A stretch of DNA of 39,181 bases from a virus (lineage: Duplodnaviria > Caudoviricetes). Below are positions 1 through 8,829 of this stretch, piece by piece. How positions within the stretch are numbered: the stretch's first letter is position 1; the number at the start of each line of letters is the position of its first letter. The position numbers were made by a program, and so were the translations under genes. The stretch lies in IMG/VR virus record IMGVR_UViG_3300022307_000005, positions 1-39,181 of that record, one strand, 5' to 3'. Under the pieces are notes generated by a model that did not search any database, was not told the origin of the DNA, and saw nothing but the letters and a program-made list of their open reading frames with translations.

Positions 1-250
1 GCTGCTCCGGTCTGACCGCACTGCCTGAGCTGCCGAAGTGTGAGAGACTTGATTGTTTCAACTGCACCGGCCTGACCGCACTGCCTGAGCTGCCGGACTG
101 TAAGATACTTAATTGTTCCGGCTGCACCGGCCTGACCGCACTGCCTGAGCTGCCGAAGTGTGAGAAACTTTATTGTTCCGGCTGCACCGGCCTGACCGCA
201 CTGCCTGAGCTGCCGAAGTGTGAGAGACTTGATTGTTTCAACTGCACCGC
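1..250 (+). repeat. Tandem 60-bp repeat, 4 full copies plus a fragment (coding LRR units)
   Basis: Copies begin at 1, 61, 121, 181; only 10 of 60 columns vary. Confidence 0.95.
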
Positions 251-278
251 ACTGCCTAAAGGAGATATTAAACCATGA
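3..278 (+). CDS. Leucine-rich repeat protein (short bacterial LxxLPxLP type), 5' truncated
   Basis: Hand translation of frame 3: CSGLTALPELPKCERLDCFN-CTGLTALPELPDCKILNCSG-CTGLTALPELPKCEKLYCSG-CTGLTALPELPKCERLDCFN-CTALPKGDIKP*, TGA at 276-278; absent from ORF track because the start is outside the window. Confidence 0.88.
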   Translation, partial: CSGLTALPELPKCERLDCFNCTGLTALPELPDCKILNCSGCTGLTALPELPKCEKLYCSGCTGLTALPELPKCERLDCFNCTALPKGDIKP

Positions 279-424
279 AAAAGAAAACAGCGCGAAGGTT
301 TTTAAACCGTAGTAAATGGAAAATCGCTTGCCTTAATATTTGGGGCTGGCCTGATAATAGTTTTACGAGGCGAATTATGAACGCCCGTAAAGCACTTGGG
401 GATATCCGTTTCCGGATATTCTAA
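275..424 (+). CDS. Small basic hypothetical protein (49 aa)
   Basis: MKKKTARRFLNRSKWKIACL...RFRIF*; AAGGAG RBS at 259-264 and ATGA overlap with the LRR gene stop. Confidence 0.6.
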   Translation: MKKKTARRFLNRSKWKIACLNIWGWPDNSFTRRIMNARKALGDIRFRIF

Positions 425-452
425 TATTAACTTCAAAAAGGAGAAGAGAAAG

Positions 453-1043
453 ATGAGTGATCAATTGTTGGAAAGAATTGCGGCGGCTTTGGAAACATTG
501 GTGGAAAAAGGTGTTACGGTTCGTGCGGGTATTGCGAAGAATGCAATCGTCTCGCCCAATACGGGTGTGACTTATCCACCCGATACGAATCGCGAGGCTT
601 GGTTGGCTCTCGCGAAGGCAAGAGGTATCAAGATCAAGACCGGCACTCGGACCCCGACATTGGTGAAGATGGTCAAGGATTTTGATTTGGTTCAACAGGC
701 ATCCAATTCAGAGGTAGAAGCTTCCGAAAAAGTTAATACCATCGAGGACGACGACCCTTTTGGTTTAGAAGCAGAGGAAGATAGCGTGGCCGAAAATGAC
801 TCGTTGGATTTTTTGGAAGAACCCGAAAAAAGCACAGAGCCGGTGCCTTCGATTGAAGAGATCAAAGCGGTCTTCATGGAGTATATCCAAACTTCAAAAG
901 GAACTCCGCACGCCAAAAAAAACGTTGAGACTTCCATTAAAATCATAGGCGAAGCGGATATTCTCAGCAATGTTGCTGAAAACAAGAGGGCGGTATTGAT
1001 GGCCGACGCCAAGAAAATGTTGGCGTCTGCGAAAGGAAATTAA
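453..1043 (+). CDS. Phage replication-module protein with HeH/Rho-N-like motif and acidic linker
   Basis: Start MSDQLL after AAGGAG; REAWLALAKARGIK...TLVKMV resembles a helix-extension-helix DNA-binding motif; position just upstream of DUF2800 is typical of APSE-like modules. Confidence 0.6.
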   Translation: MSDQLLERIAAALETLVEKGVTVRAGIAKNAIVSPNTGVTYPPDTNREAWLALAKARGIKIKTGTRTPTLVKMVKDFDLVQQASNSEVEASEKVNTIEDDDPFGLEAEEDSVAENDSLDFLEEPEKSTEPVPSIEEIKAVFMEYIQTSKGTPHAKKNVETSIKIIGEADILSNVAENKRAVLMADAKKMLASAKGN

Positions 1044-1044
1044 T

Positions 1045-2301
1045 ATGGCGGGTGATCATTCTCTAATAAGCCCGAGTGGTCTTAAACGAGATTTAAAATG
1101 CCCAGGGAATGTTCAGCTCAATAAAGCTGTCGAAGATCAGTCGAATATTCATACCGAAACCGGGACTGCCGTTCATTTTTTAAGTGAACAATGTCTGAAA
1201 AACGAAAACGATTCAGATATATGGTTGGGTGAGAAAGTTGACACCGGGGTTATGGAGATCACGATAACTGAAGAACTTACGGACTGCGCTCAAGTATACA
1301 TTGATTATTGCCGCGGTATTAAGTCCACAGACTTTGCTATCGAGTCTAAATTGGATCTCGGTTTTATAATGAATGGCATGAAAGGGACCGCTGATTTCAC
1401 GACCTGGGAATTCATGGGAAAGTTAGATGTTGTGGATCTAAAAGCTGGTGTCGGTACGGAGTATAACGCTTTTGAAAACGAACAATTGATGGCTTATGCG
1501 TTGGGTGTCATCGGTCCCGAAAACCCAAATATGATCGAAGAGGTATGCTTGCACATCGTCCAACCTCGTTTCAAGTATGGAGAAAATATAACCCAATGGG
1601 CTATAAGTACCAAGGAGCTTTATCAATGGATGAATGATGTTTTAATCCCCGGTGTTAAAAAAGCTCTTTTGCCTGACGCCGAATGTATACCGGGCCCGTG
1701 GTGTAAAGATACGTTTTGTCCTGCGTATAAAAACAATGGCTGCGAGGCCGCCGTTAAGAACATGTTTGAACCCACCGGGCTTGACTACGATACGGCGCTT
1801 GTTCCCATTAACCCAAATCATAGATTGCCGGACGTAACTCAGATGCCCGCTGAGAGATTGGGTAGAGCTGGGCTCATAACATCCGTTTTAAGAGATTGGG
1901 CCGATAGGGTCGATAGTGAGATTCAGCAGCGTTTAATAGAATGTTCAAAAGACGCACCGACAAACTTTAAGTTGGTGGAAGGGAGGAAAGGAAATAAGGT
2001 TTATAAAGAGGGTATTAATGTTTATGATTTTGTTAAAACATTAATACCGAGAGATAAAGTATTCGTGCCGGAAACGTTTGTAACCCCGGCGAAATTGGAA
2101 ACTAATCTTAAAAAACAGAAGGTAGATAAAGCGGTAATTGAAGATGTGATGACGAAATTACTGGCCCCGAGGAAAGAAGGAAAGAAAATAGCAGTTCATG
2201 TTTCTGATCCGAGGCCGGGAGTCAACACCGCAGATTCTATGTTCGAAAAAGGAGAAAACGATGACAATAACAACGTGTCCAGTCCGGATTCTCTATCCTG
2301 A
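1045..2301 (+). CDS. DUF2800-family Cas4-like PD-(D/E)XK exonuclease
   Basis: HSLISPS..CPG, GTAVH, GTADF, VVDLKAG, NEQLMAYALG, PGPWC..FCPA, KLVEGR motifs. Confidence 0.9.
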   Translation: MAGDHSLISPSGLKRDLKCPGNVQLNKAVEDQSNIHTETGTAVHFLSEQCLKNENDSDIWLGEKVDTGVMEITITEELTDCAQVYIDYCRGIKSTDFAIESKLDLGFIMNGMKGTADFTTWEFMGKLDVVDLKAGVGTEYNAFENEQLMAYALGVIGPENPNMIEEVCLHIVQPRFKYGENITQWAISTKELYQWMNDVLIPGVKKALLPDAECIPGPWCKDTFCPAYKNNGCEAAVKNMFEPTGLDYDTALVPINPNHRLPDVTQMPAERLGRAGLITSVLRDWADRVDSEIQQRLIECSKDAPTNFKLVEGRKGNKVYKEGINVYDFVKTLIPRDKVFVPETFVTPAKLETNLKKQKVDKAVIEDVMTKLLAPRKEGKKIAVHVSDPRPGVNTADSMFEKGENDDNNNVSSPDSLS

Positions 2302-2887
2302 AGTTTTTGAATGGGTGGAGTATGAAGGAAACCTTTCGAAATCGGTTAGAATGCTGTTCAACAAAAAAGAAAAAAAGCAGATGGATTCTCTAAAGGCTAT
2401 TAAAGCTGAGTATGATGCTTTTATGGAATCAGAGTATCCGGATTCTGCGAAACGCCCAAGGATTCCGTTTACGGGGCATGCTAAAAGTCCTGTACAAGAT
2501 GTCGATAAAGACACCAACTCAACGGGTGTACCTCTCCTTGAGAAATATCCTGAAGCCGCTGCCGGCCATTTTATGATGAAGGTATCAAAATGGAAAAACA
2601 GCAAGGCAGGGGATTTGATTGTTGTTGATCAAGGAAACCAAAAGATCATGGACAGTTCGAAAATATACAGCGGTTGTTGGTGTGAAGTGAACATCAATGC
2701 CTATAAACGAATGAAACAGGAAAACCCAGGGATATCATTCGGTCTTAACGGTGTTCGGTTTGCGCGGGATGATGAACAAATCGGCGGAACCCCGTCAGCC
2801 GACGCAATGTTTGGGCAGGGCTCCGAAATAGACGAGGGTTTTGGGCAAGAAGATCCGTTCGGAAATGAGGGTGATCCACTACTTTAA
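2261..2887 (+). CDS. DUF2815-family single-stranded DNA-binding protein (T7 gp2.5-like)
   Basis: VRILYP N-terminus, IYSGCW, GISFGLNGVRFARDDEQIGG, acidic C-tail; AAGGAG RBS before ATG 2261. Confidence 0.88.
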   Translation: MTITTCPVRILYPEVFEWVEYEGNLSKSVRMLFNKKEKKQMDSLKAIKAEYDAFMESEYPDSAKRPRIPFTGHAKSPVQDVDKDTNSTGVPLLEKYPEAAAGHFMMKVSKWKNSKAGDLIVVDQGNQKIMDSSKIYSGCWCEVNINAYKRMKQENPGISFGLNGVRFARDDEQIGGTPSADAMFGQGSEIDEGFGQEDPFGNEGDPLL

Positions 2888-2914
2888 ACAGTAACATTTT
2901 AAAAAGGACATGCA

Positions 2915-5086
2915 ATGAATTATTCGGTTATTGATTTTGAAACGAGAAGTGCTTGCGATATTAAGAAACACGGCATTTCGAGGTATGCTAAACACTTTAC
3001 GACCGATGTTCTTTGCATGTCCTTATTTCGATCTGATCATAAATATCCATTACTATGGGTAAATGAAAACATTGAATTAGATACGTTTAATCACACCAAG
3101 TTAAAATACAACCGGGAAAATATAAAATACCCAGTTATCTCTTTTGAAGCAATCTGTCAGCAAACACTTTCGGCCGATTGGGTAATTGCACAAAATTCCA
3201 TGTTTGAATATGAGATTTGGAATGAAATAATGGTTCGATACGGGGCCAAACCACTGCCTGTTGAACAGTTGTTTGATATCAAAGCTCAACTTGCATATCA
3301 TGCCTTACCTCTTAACCTCGAAGACGCAGCTCTGGCTCTCAGGCTTACTCAACAAAAGGATATGACCGGCCACAAGGCTATGCTCAAATGCTGTAAACCC
3401 CGAAATCCAAGGAAAAAAGAGAAAGAAGAAAACCCCAATTGGGAAAATCATATTTACTGGCATGATAAAGTAAAAGACTATGAAATCAATTTTAATTATT
3501 GTTGTCAGGACGTTATTGTCGAAAAGATGATATTTGATAATTTGGGAAAGTTACCGGAACGAGAAATGAAGATATTTCGGCTTGACCAAAAGATAAATCT
3601 TCGAGGTGTCCCGGTAGATACTGAATCCATAGAAGCCATTGTTAACACGATTGAAACCTATAAAATCAGTTTGGAAAAGGAATTTAAAGAAATCGTTGGG
3701 AACGAGGTCAATACACCCAACAGCCATGTCGCCTTAAGGAAATGGGTAGAGAATAAAGTCGGGTATCAATTACCGAGTATCGATAAAAACGCGGTCGCTG
3801 AGTTATTAGAAAAAGGAATTTTGCCGAAAGATGTTGAAAAAGTTCTTGCGATAAGATCGGAAATAGGGAAAAGTTCAGTATCCAAATTCTCAGCGATGAC
3901 GGATAAAGTTGATACCGACAGCAGGGTAAAACATTGGTCTGTCTATCATGGGGCTTCACCGGGACGTTGGGCTGCGTATGGTATGCAATTGCATAATATG
4001 CCCCGAGATTCTTTTCTGCCGGAAGAATACGAATTCGTTACGGATCTTTTTAAGCAAGGCGATATTGATTTTATCAAATTGCTTTATGGGGATATTTTTT
4101 CAACAGCTTCAAAATGTGTGCGCGGGTCAATTTGTGCTGGTAAAGGTAAACAGTTTTTTTGTGTCGATTTTTCAGCTATTGAGGCCATTGGCCTTGCGTA
4201 TCTCGCCGGGGAACAGTGGGTTCTTGATACTTTCGCTCAAGGCATAGGTCTTTATGAATCCTCGGCTGCCGGTGTATTTAATGTCCCGTATGAAGAGGTT
4301 TCAAAAGAGCAAAGGACGGTTGGCAAGGTCGCGGTTCTTGCTTTGGGTTACGCCGGTGGTATCGGTGCCTTTGCGTCCATGGCTAAAAATTATAATGTGG
4401 ATTTGGAAACATTACCCGCTATCGTTCTTCCGACCGCAATGACCGCTGAATTAGATAGAGACTGGGGGGCAAAGTATTTAGCGCGAATGTTTTTAGCGAA
4501 AAACCCCGATTCTATGTCCTTTGATGCTGCTGTGGCATGCGATGTGATTAAGCAAAGATGGAGGGCGGCACACCCGGAAACCATTAAATTTTGGAAAGAA
4601 ATTGAAAAATGCATTTTTGCTGCTATCAGAAATCCTGGACAAGTTTATTCGTATAGAGGAATTAAGTATAAAAAAGACAGTAGGTTTCTAAAATGCTTAA
4701 TGCCAACGCGGAGAGTCATTCATTATTACGATGCTCATATCAAAGAGAAAACAGATGAAGAAAGGTCTTATATTACTTATCAAAGCATGAAGGTGATAGA
4801 AGGGACAACTCAAAGGAAGTGGTCATGGGTAAGAGCAAAAAGAGGAACTTGGACTGAAAATATTGTTCAGGGATTTTGTAGGGATTTATTGGCCGACATG
4901 ATGCTAAGGCATGAAGAGGCAGGATTCCCAATTGTTTTGGATGTTCACGATGAGGATGTCGCGGAGGTCGGCAAAGAAGCGAATTTTGAAGAGTTCTGTC
5001 GTATCGCTGAAATAGTTCCCGGCTACGCTGTGGGCTTACCAATTAAAGCGGTGGGCTGGGAGGGGCGGAGATACCGAAAGGATTAA
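2915..5086 (+). CDS. DNA polymerase family A (APSE/SPO2-type) with 3'-5' exonuclease
   Basis: IDFETRS (ExoI), HGASPGRWA..MQLHNMPR, motif A DFSAIE, motif B RTVGKVAVLALGY, ENIVQG, motif C VHDE. Confidence 0.96.
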   Translation: MNYSVIDFETRSACDIKKHGISRYAKHFTTDVLCMSLFRSDHKYPLLWVNENIELDTFNHTKLKYNRENIKYPVISFEAICQQTLSADWVIAQNSMFEYEIWNEIMVRYGAKPLPVEQLFDIKAQLAYHALPLNLEDAALALRLTQQKDMTGHKAMLKCCKPRNPRKKEKEENPNWENHIYWHDKVKDYEINFNYCCQDVIVEKMIFDNLGKLPEREMKIFRLDQKINLRGVPVDTESIEAIVNTIETYKISLEKEFKEIVGNEVNTPNSHVALRKWVENKVGYQLPSIDKNAVAELLEKGILPKDVEKVLAIRSEIGKSSVSKFSAMTDKVDTDSRVKHWSVYHGASPGRWAAYGMQLHNMPRDSFLPEEYEFVTDLFKQGDIDFIKLLYGDIFSTASKCVRGSICAGKGKQFFCVDFSAIEAIGLAYLAGEQWVLDTFAQGIGLYESSAAGVFNVPYEEVSKEQRTVGKVAVLALGYAGGIGAFASMAKNYNVDLETLPAIVLPTAMTAELDRDWGAKYLARMFLAKNPDSMSFDAAVACDVIKQRWRAAHPETIKFWKEIEKCIFAAIRNPGQVYSYRGIKYKKDSRFLKCLMPTRRVIHYYDAHIKEKTDEERSYITYQSMKVIEGTTQRKWSWVRAKRGTWTENIVQGFCRDLLADMMLRHEEAGFPIVLDVHDEDVAEVGKEANFEEFCRIAEIVPGYAVGLPIKAVGWEGRRYRKD

Positions 5087-5117
5087 GAAAGAAAATTTAT
5101 GAAAAAAGGAGTATGCT

Positions 5118-5393
5118 ATGATTATTACAGAAGAAAAATTCATTATCGTCACAAACGACGAAAAAGCAATCATAAAAAAAAGTCAAAATATGCGAAGTCT
5201 TGCTATGCTGTCTGATAAAGAAGATACTTGGCACATCGCTTTTTATCGCATTGAGCAACAGGCAAAGAATGCCTGTACGAGATTTAAAGTTTATCATCGT
5301 GGGAGAATGGACAGGTATTATACAACCGAGGATTTGAAAGTTATGAAAGTCAAAGTCGTCATTACTGATAACAAAGAAATTATAACAGTTTGA
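5118..5393 (+). CDS. Hypothetical protein
   Basis: AAGGAG RBS, in line with operon; no motif recognised. Confidence 0.65.
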   Translation: MIITEEKFIIVTNDEKAIIKKSQNMRSLAMLSDKEDTWHIAFYRIEQQAKNACTRFKVYHRGRMDRYYTTEDLKVMKVKVVITDNKEIITV

Positions 5394-5408
5394 AAGGAAT
5401 TAACGATT

Positions 5409-5834
5409 ATGGATTTCAACGAAATAGTAGAACGAAGATGCGAAAAAATCCGAAAGGTTCTAACGGCTAAAGCTAAAGAATACGCGACTGATATAAATCG
5501 TTTTCATAATTTCGAAGTTGCCGGTCGTATCGACGGAGAAACCCCCGAGAAAGCTTTGTGGGGGATGTTCAAAAAACATCTGGTGTCTGTAATGGATTTA
5601 ATTGACTGGTGCGAAGGAAAAGAAAATAAGATAACTGAATACCTTATTGATGAAAAGATCGGGGATGCTATAAATTATCTTATTTTGTTGGAAGGAATGT
5701 TACAAAGAAGGGTTTATAGAAGACAAGATGAACCTAATTTCGGGCCAGGAAAAAGATTACATACTGGATTAGGCCTTACTCAAAAACGTTTTGGAGTTTA
5801 TCAAAGCGGCATGGACAAAGGTCCAACTCTTTAA
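5409..5834 (+). CDS. MazG-like all-helical nucleotide pyrophosphohydrolase / nucleotide-modification-associated (Nmad1-like) protein
   Basis: KAKEYA..RFHNF, ALWGMFKKH, EKIGDAINYLILL pattern. Confidence 0.65.
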   Translation: MDFNEIVERRCEKIRKVLTAKAKEYATDINRFHNFEVAGRIDGETPEKALWGMFKKHLVSVMDLIDWCEGKENKITEYLIDEKIGDAINYLILLEGMLQRRVYRRQDEPNFGPGKRLHTGLGLTQKRFGVYQSGMDKGPTL

Positions 5835-6118
5835 GCCGGGGCTACGTCTGAAATAATAGGAGCCCCGTCAGTGCCGGCGTAAACATACCATGTGGACCCA
5901 CCACTATCTTCAAAGGCAAGGTATGTCACGCCGGCACCCGAAGTTGACTCACCCATGGTATGAGTTCTGAAAACCCATTCTCCCGCGGTGTCAGAATCCT
6001 GAACCCCACTTGGCTCTGAGCTGTCATACGCTAATTCGGGATACCCGTCATCGGTTGGGTAAATCCACCAATACCATGTTACCCCGTTTGAGTCTGTCAT
6101 TTCCCAAGTTGTTGTCAT
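5831..6118 (-). CDS. Small acidic Trp-rich putative virion protein
   Basis: Two copies of a D-x-x-G-x-x-W...DG hairpin motif; last gene of late operon. Confidence 0.65.
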   Translation of the reverse strand: MTTTWEMTDSNGVTWYWWIYPTDDGYPELAYDSSEPSGVQDSDTAGEWVFRTHTMGESTSGAGVTYLAFEDSGGSTWYVYAGTDGAPIISDVAPA

Positions 6119-6127
6119 AAAAGAACC

Positions 6128-6289
6128 TTAAGAAACGTAAGTGTAATGAGTCCAAGAGTCGGAAGTATAAGTTTCGTCGGTCCAGTCGTCTATTGAATCA
6201 TCGGTCATTACGATTTCACCATCTGTGTTAACATAGATTCTCCAGACTTTGTTATCCGCGTCGATTAAATACTTGTTTGTCTGACTCAT
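6128..6289 (-). CDS. Small acidic protein (53 aa), same hairpin motif
   Basis: Hand translation MSQTNKYLIDADNKVWRIYVNTDGEIVMTDD...TYVS*; ATGA overlap with upstream stop at 6286. Confidence 0.7.
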   Translation of the reverse strand: MSQTNKYLIDADNKVWRIYVNTDGEIVMTDDSIDDWTDETYTSDSWTHYTYVS

Positions 6290-8829
6290 AGTTCCCGTTC
6301 CTCTGCTGCTATCGCCGGTGCTTGAACAACGAACATTCTACCGAGTATTTTTTGTAACGAACTTTGATTTTTTACGGTTTCCATTTGTCGAGCAATCCCC
6401 CAAAGTTCGTTCGCTTTTGCCGGATCATAGAACGCTTCTATCATGTGACCGGCTATCAATTCTTCATTCCGCTGAAAGAAAGCATCGACAGCTACCCCGA
6501 ATTTATAATAAAGGCGGTTGAAAACCGGAATTGTTCTTAGAAACTTGAGTCCGGCCTGAGAGAGTTCAGCGGTAGGAGAACCGACACCACCGGTTGATTG
6601 TTGTTGTAAAGACATCCGTTTAAGAACATTTAAAACATTGTCATAGGCGGCCATTTCTTTTGAAGAATAAATTTCGTTTAAAACCGGTCTCTTCCGCTTT
6701 ATAAAATTATGGATCTTGGCGCTGCTGAAAATGTTTTCCCCGGCTTTTAAAGGTTCGTGAAGTCCTTCTACCTGTTCTTTAAAAAAGTCTTTCGTAGAGG
6801 CTTTCAGACCGGCGACAGCTTCTGGTGAAGATCGAATTTTTGACATTAAGATTTTTGTATTCTTTACCGGGGAATCACCCTTAAAAATAATCTTCGGGAT
6901 ATTTCCCGGATCAGCGCTTATTAATTTACCAAGGATACCTTTATTGAATTCGTTCACTGACGCCTTGGCTTGAGCGAGCGTTTGAGAAGCTTGTTCCATA
7001 GATGAAAAATTATCTTCTAACCCGAAATTTTTTAATGCAGTTTGATACCGGTATACCCAACGATTAATATCGGCTTCGGTCGGGGTAACGTTTCCCTGTT
7101 TGGTAACCTCGTTGTAAAATTTATTTGATATAAATTCTTTTATGGAGGCTTGGGCTTCCGGATTATTACCAAACGCTTTTTGAAACTGTTGGGCCGCGTA
7201 TTCTCCCCCAGCCCCCGGTTTAAAGTATTGTTCGGGTAATTGTGATGCTTCGACTTTATACTGTCCCCCGTAACGTTCCAAGACCTGCTGGGTTGGTTTA
7301 CTGTAAAATCTTTCAGCATGCATTTTTCGATATGTATCCCAAAAGTTTTTGAGCCGCGTGGCCCCCTCAGCGTTCGCAGGATCGTTCATAGCCTGAGTGA
7401 CCATATCATCGATTCCATCTTTCAGGGAATAAAGCCTGCGGGCAAGGTCACGGTTTTGAGGACCAACTTCCCGGGCTGCCGCCGTAATTGATTTATTGAG
7501 CTCCGCAAGTTCGTTCGTTGTCATATATCTTGGGATGTTTTCCTGCCTTGTTTCAGGGGAGACACTTAATTCTTCAGCCGCCGAAACAAGTTTTCGATCA
7601 AATACCTGAAAACCTTTCTTCAACTTATTGGCGGCTGAAGGAATCTGACTGAGATCACTTAGCATGGTATTGACGTTCTCAAAAACTTCACCTATTTTCT
7701 GTTCTAAAGGACCGGTATCGAATCGAACGTTTTTTGGAACTTTATCCCAGAGTGAGGACATCGATTTGGATGAATCGATTTTTTCGGCTTTAAGCAAGTT
7801 ACGCATGAAATCACCGGTTTCCATTTGGGTTCGAGCGCCTTGCAAAGATTCAACAGCCGCCGTTCCGGCTGTTTCTGCCGCATCTACTTTTCCGGTAAGC
7901 CGAGATTGTTCTTGTTTAATAGCCGCTACGGTCTTATTGATATTTCCTTTTGGGATACTGGTTTCAAGGTAATTATTAAGATCCTTTGTTGTTTTAACAA
8001 GATTAGCGTCAAAGGCTTGACGGGCTTCTGCGCCTAATTGAGATCTTATCATAGCGGCTTCTTTGGAAGTCCCTGACGCGGCGGCTTGATTTAAATTGAG
8101 CCCTGGTATTTCTTCTTGTAATCGAGCGTAGTCATCAAGATTTTGCTGTTTTTGAGGATAAGTAATGTCATCGGGGCCGGTCGTTCCTTTCGTAAATTTC
8201 TGAGCGGCTACTTCTTCCGCTGTCTTAATTTTTCCGGTTAACGCTGATCTGGCAGCCCCAGGGAGAATGCCGGCAATCAATTCTAAAGCCATTTGACTTT
8301 TAGGTCCAAGACCTATTTTTTCTCCGACACCGCCAGCAGAAGCCGCCGCCGCCGCTCCCGCTAACTGGGTTCCTGGTTGTTCCGCGATAATTGTTCCTAC
8401 CGCCCCGGTTACCCCTTTTGCACCGCTTAACATCGCCCCAGCGCCCATGGTCGTCATGGCCGTTGATAAATACCTGGTTACTTTTCCAAGGAGTGATCGA
8501 TCTTCAGGAGATAGTTTATTTAAAACATTACTCAATGCTTTTCGGGAGTCTAAAGGTTTCCTTTTCATTTCTTCAGGAATGCCGATATTCATGAAACTTG
8601 TACCCAATTGAGATAGAGCGTCTACGATTTCGTAAGGAAGAGCTAAACTTCCTTCAATGACATTTCGGGTTCCCCTGGCCAAACCCCCCGCTAAATTCGC
8701 GGGAGCAAAAGACTCTGTAAAAGACGGCGTTCGCGGAATTTGAGTTTGAGGTTCGGTAGTTCGCTCAGCCTGTAATTTTTTAGCTTCGGCGTCCCAATCA
8801 ACTTTTCCCCAATCTATTTTATCATTCAT
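6286..8829 (-). CDS. Large internal virion / DNA ejection protein
   Basis: 847 aa, helical, Gly/Ala-rich hydrophobic stretch near N-terminus, cysteine-free; position after tail genes in a podovirus. Confidence 0.7.
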   Translation of the reverse strand: MNDKIDWGKVDWDAEAKKLQAERTTEPQTQIPRTPSFTESFAPANLAGGLARGTRNVIEGSLALPYEIVDALSQLGTSFMNIGIPEEMKRKPLDSRKALSNVLNKLSPEDRSLLGKVTRYLSTAMTTMGAGAMLSGAKGVTGAVGTIIAEQPGTQLAGAAAAASAGGVGEKIGLGPKSQMALELIAGILPGAARSALTGKIKTAEEVAAQKFTKGTTGPDDITYPQKQQNLDDYARLQEEIPGLNLNQAAASGTSKEAAMIRSQLGAEARQAFDANLVKTTKDLNNYLETSIPKGNINKTVAAIKQEQSRLTGKVDAAETAGTAAVESLQGARTQMETGDFMRNLLKAEKIDSSKSMSSLWDKVPKNVRFDTGPLEQKIGEVFENVNTMLSDLSQIPSAANKLKKGFQVFDRKLVSAAEELSVSPETRQENIPRYMTTNELAELNKSITAAAREVGPQNRDLARRLYSLKDGIDDMVTQAMNDPANAEGATRLKNFWDTYRKMHAERFYSKPTQQVLERYGGQYKVEASQLPEQYFKPGAGGEYAAQQFQKAFGNNPEAQASIKEFISNKFYNEVTKQGNVTPTEADINRWVYRYQTALKNFGLEDNFSSMEQASQTLAQAKASVNEFNKGILGKLISADPGNIPKIIFKGDSPVKNTKILMSKIRSSPEAVAGLKASTKDFFKEQVEGLHEPLKAGENIFSSAKIHNFIKRKRPVLNEIYSSKEMAAYDNVLNVLKRMSLQQQSTGGVGSPTAELSQAGLKFLRTIPVFNRLYYKFGVAVDAFFQRNEELIAGHMIEAFYDPAKANELWGIARQMETVKNQSSLQKILGRMFVVQAPAIAAEEREL

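Noticed and set aside
1-250. 60-bp repeats as a CRISPR array
   Set aside because: In-frame coding LRR units with no unique spacers
1045-2301. Cas4-like gene as part of a CRISPR system
   Set aside because: Standard DUF2800 exonuclease in the phage DUF2800-DUF2815-PolA module
6286-8829. 847-aa protein as a tape measure
   Set aside because: No tail tube, chaperone or baseplate genes; the adaptor-nozzle-GNAT context indicates ejection proteins
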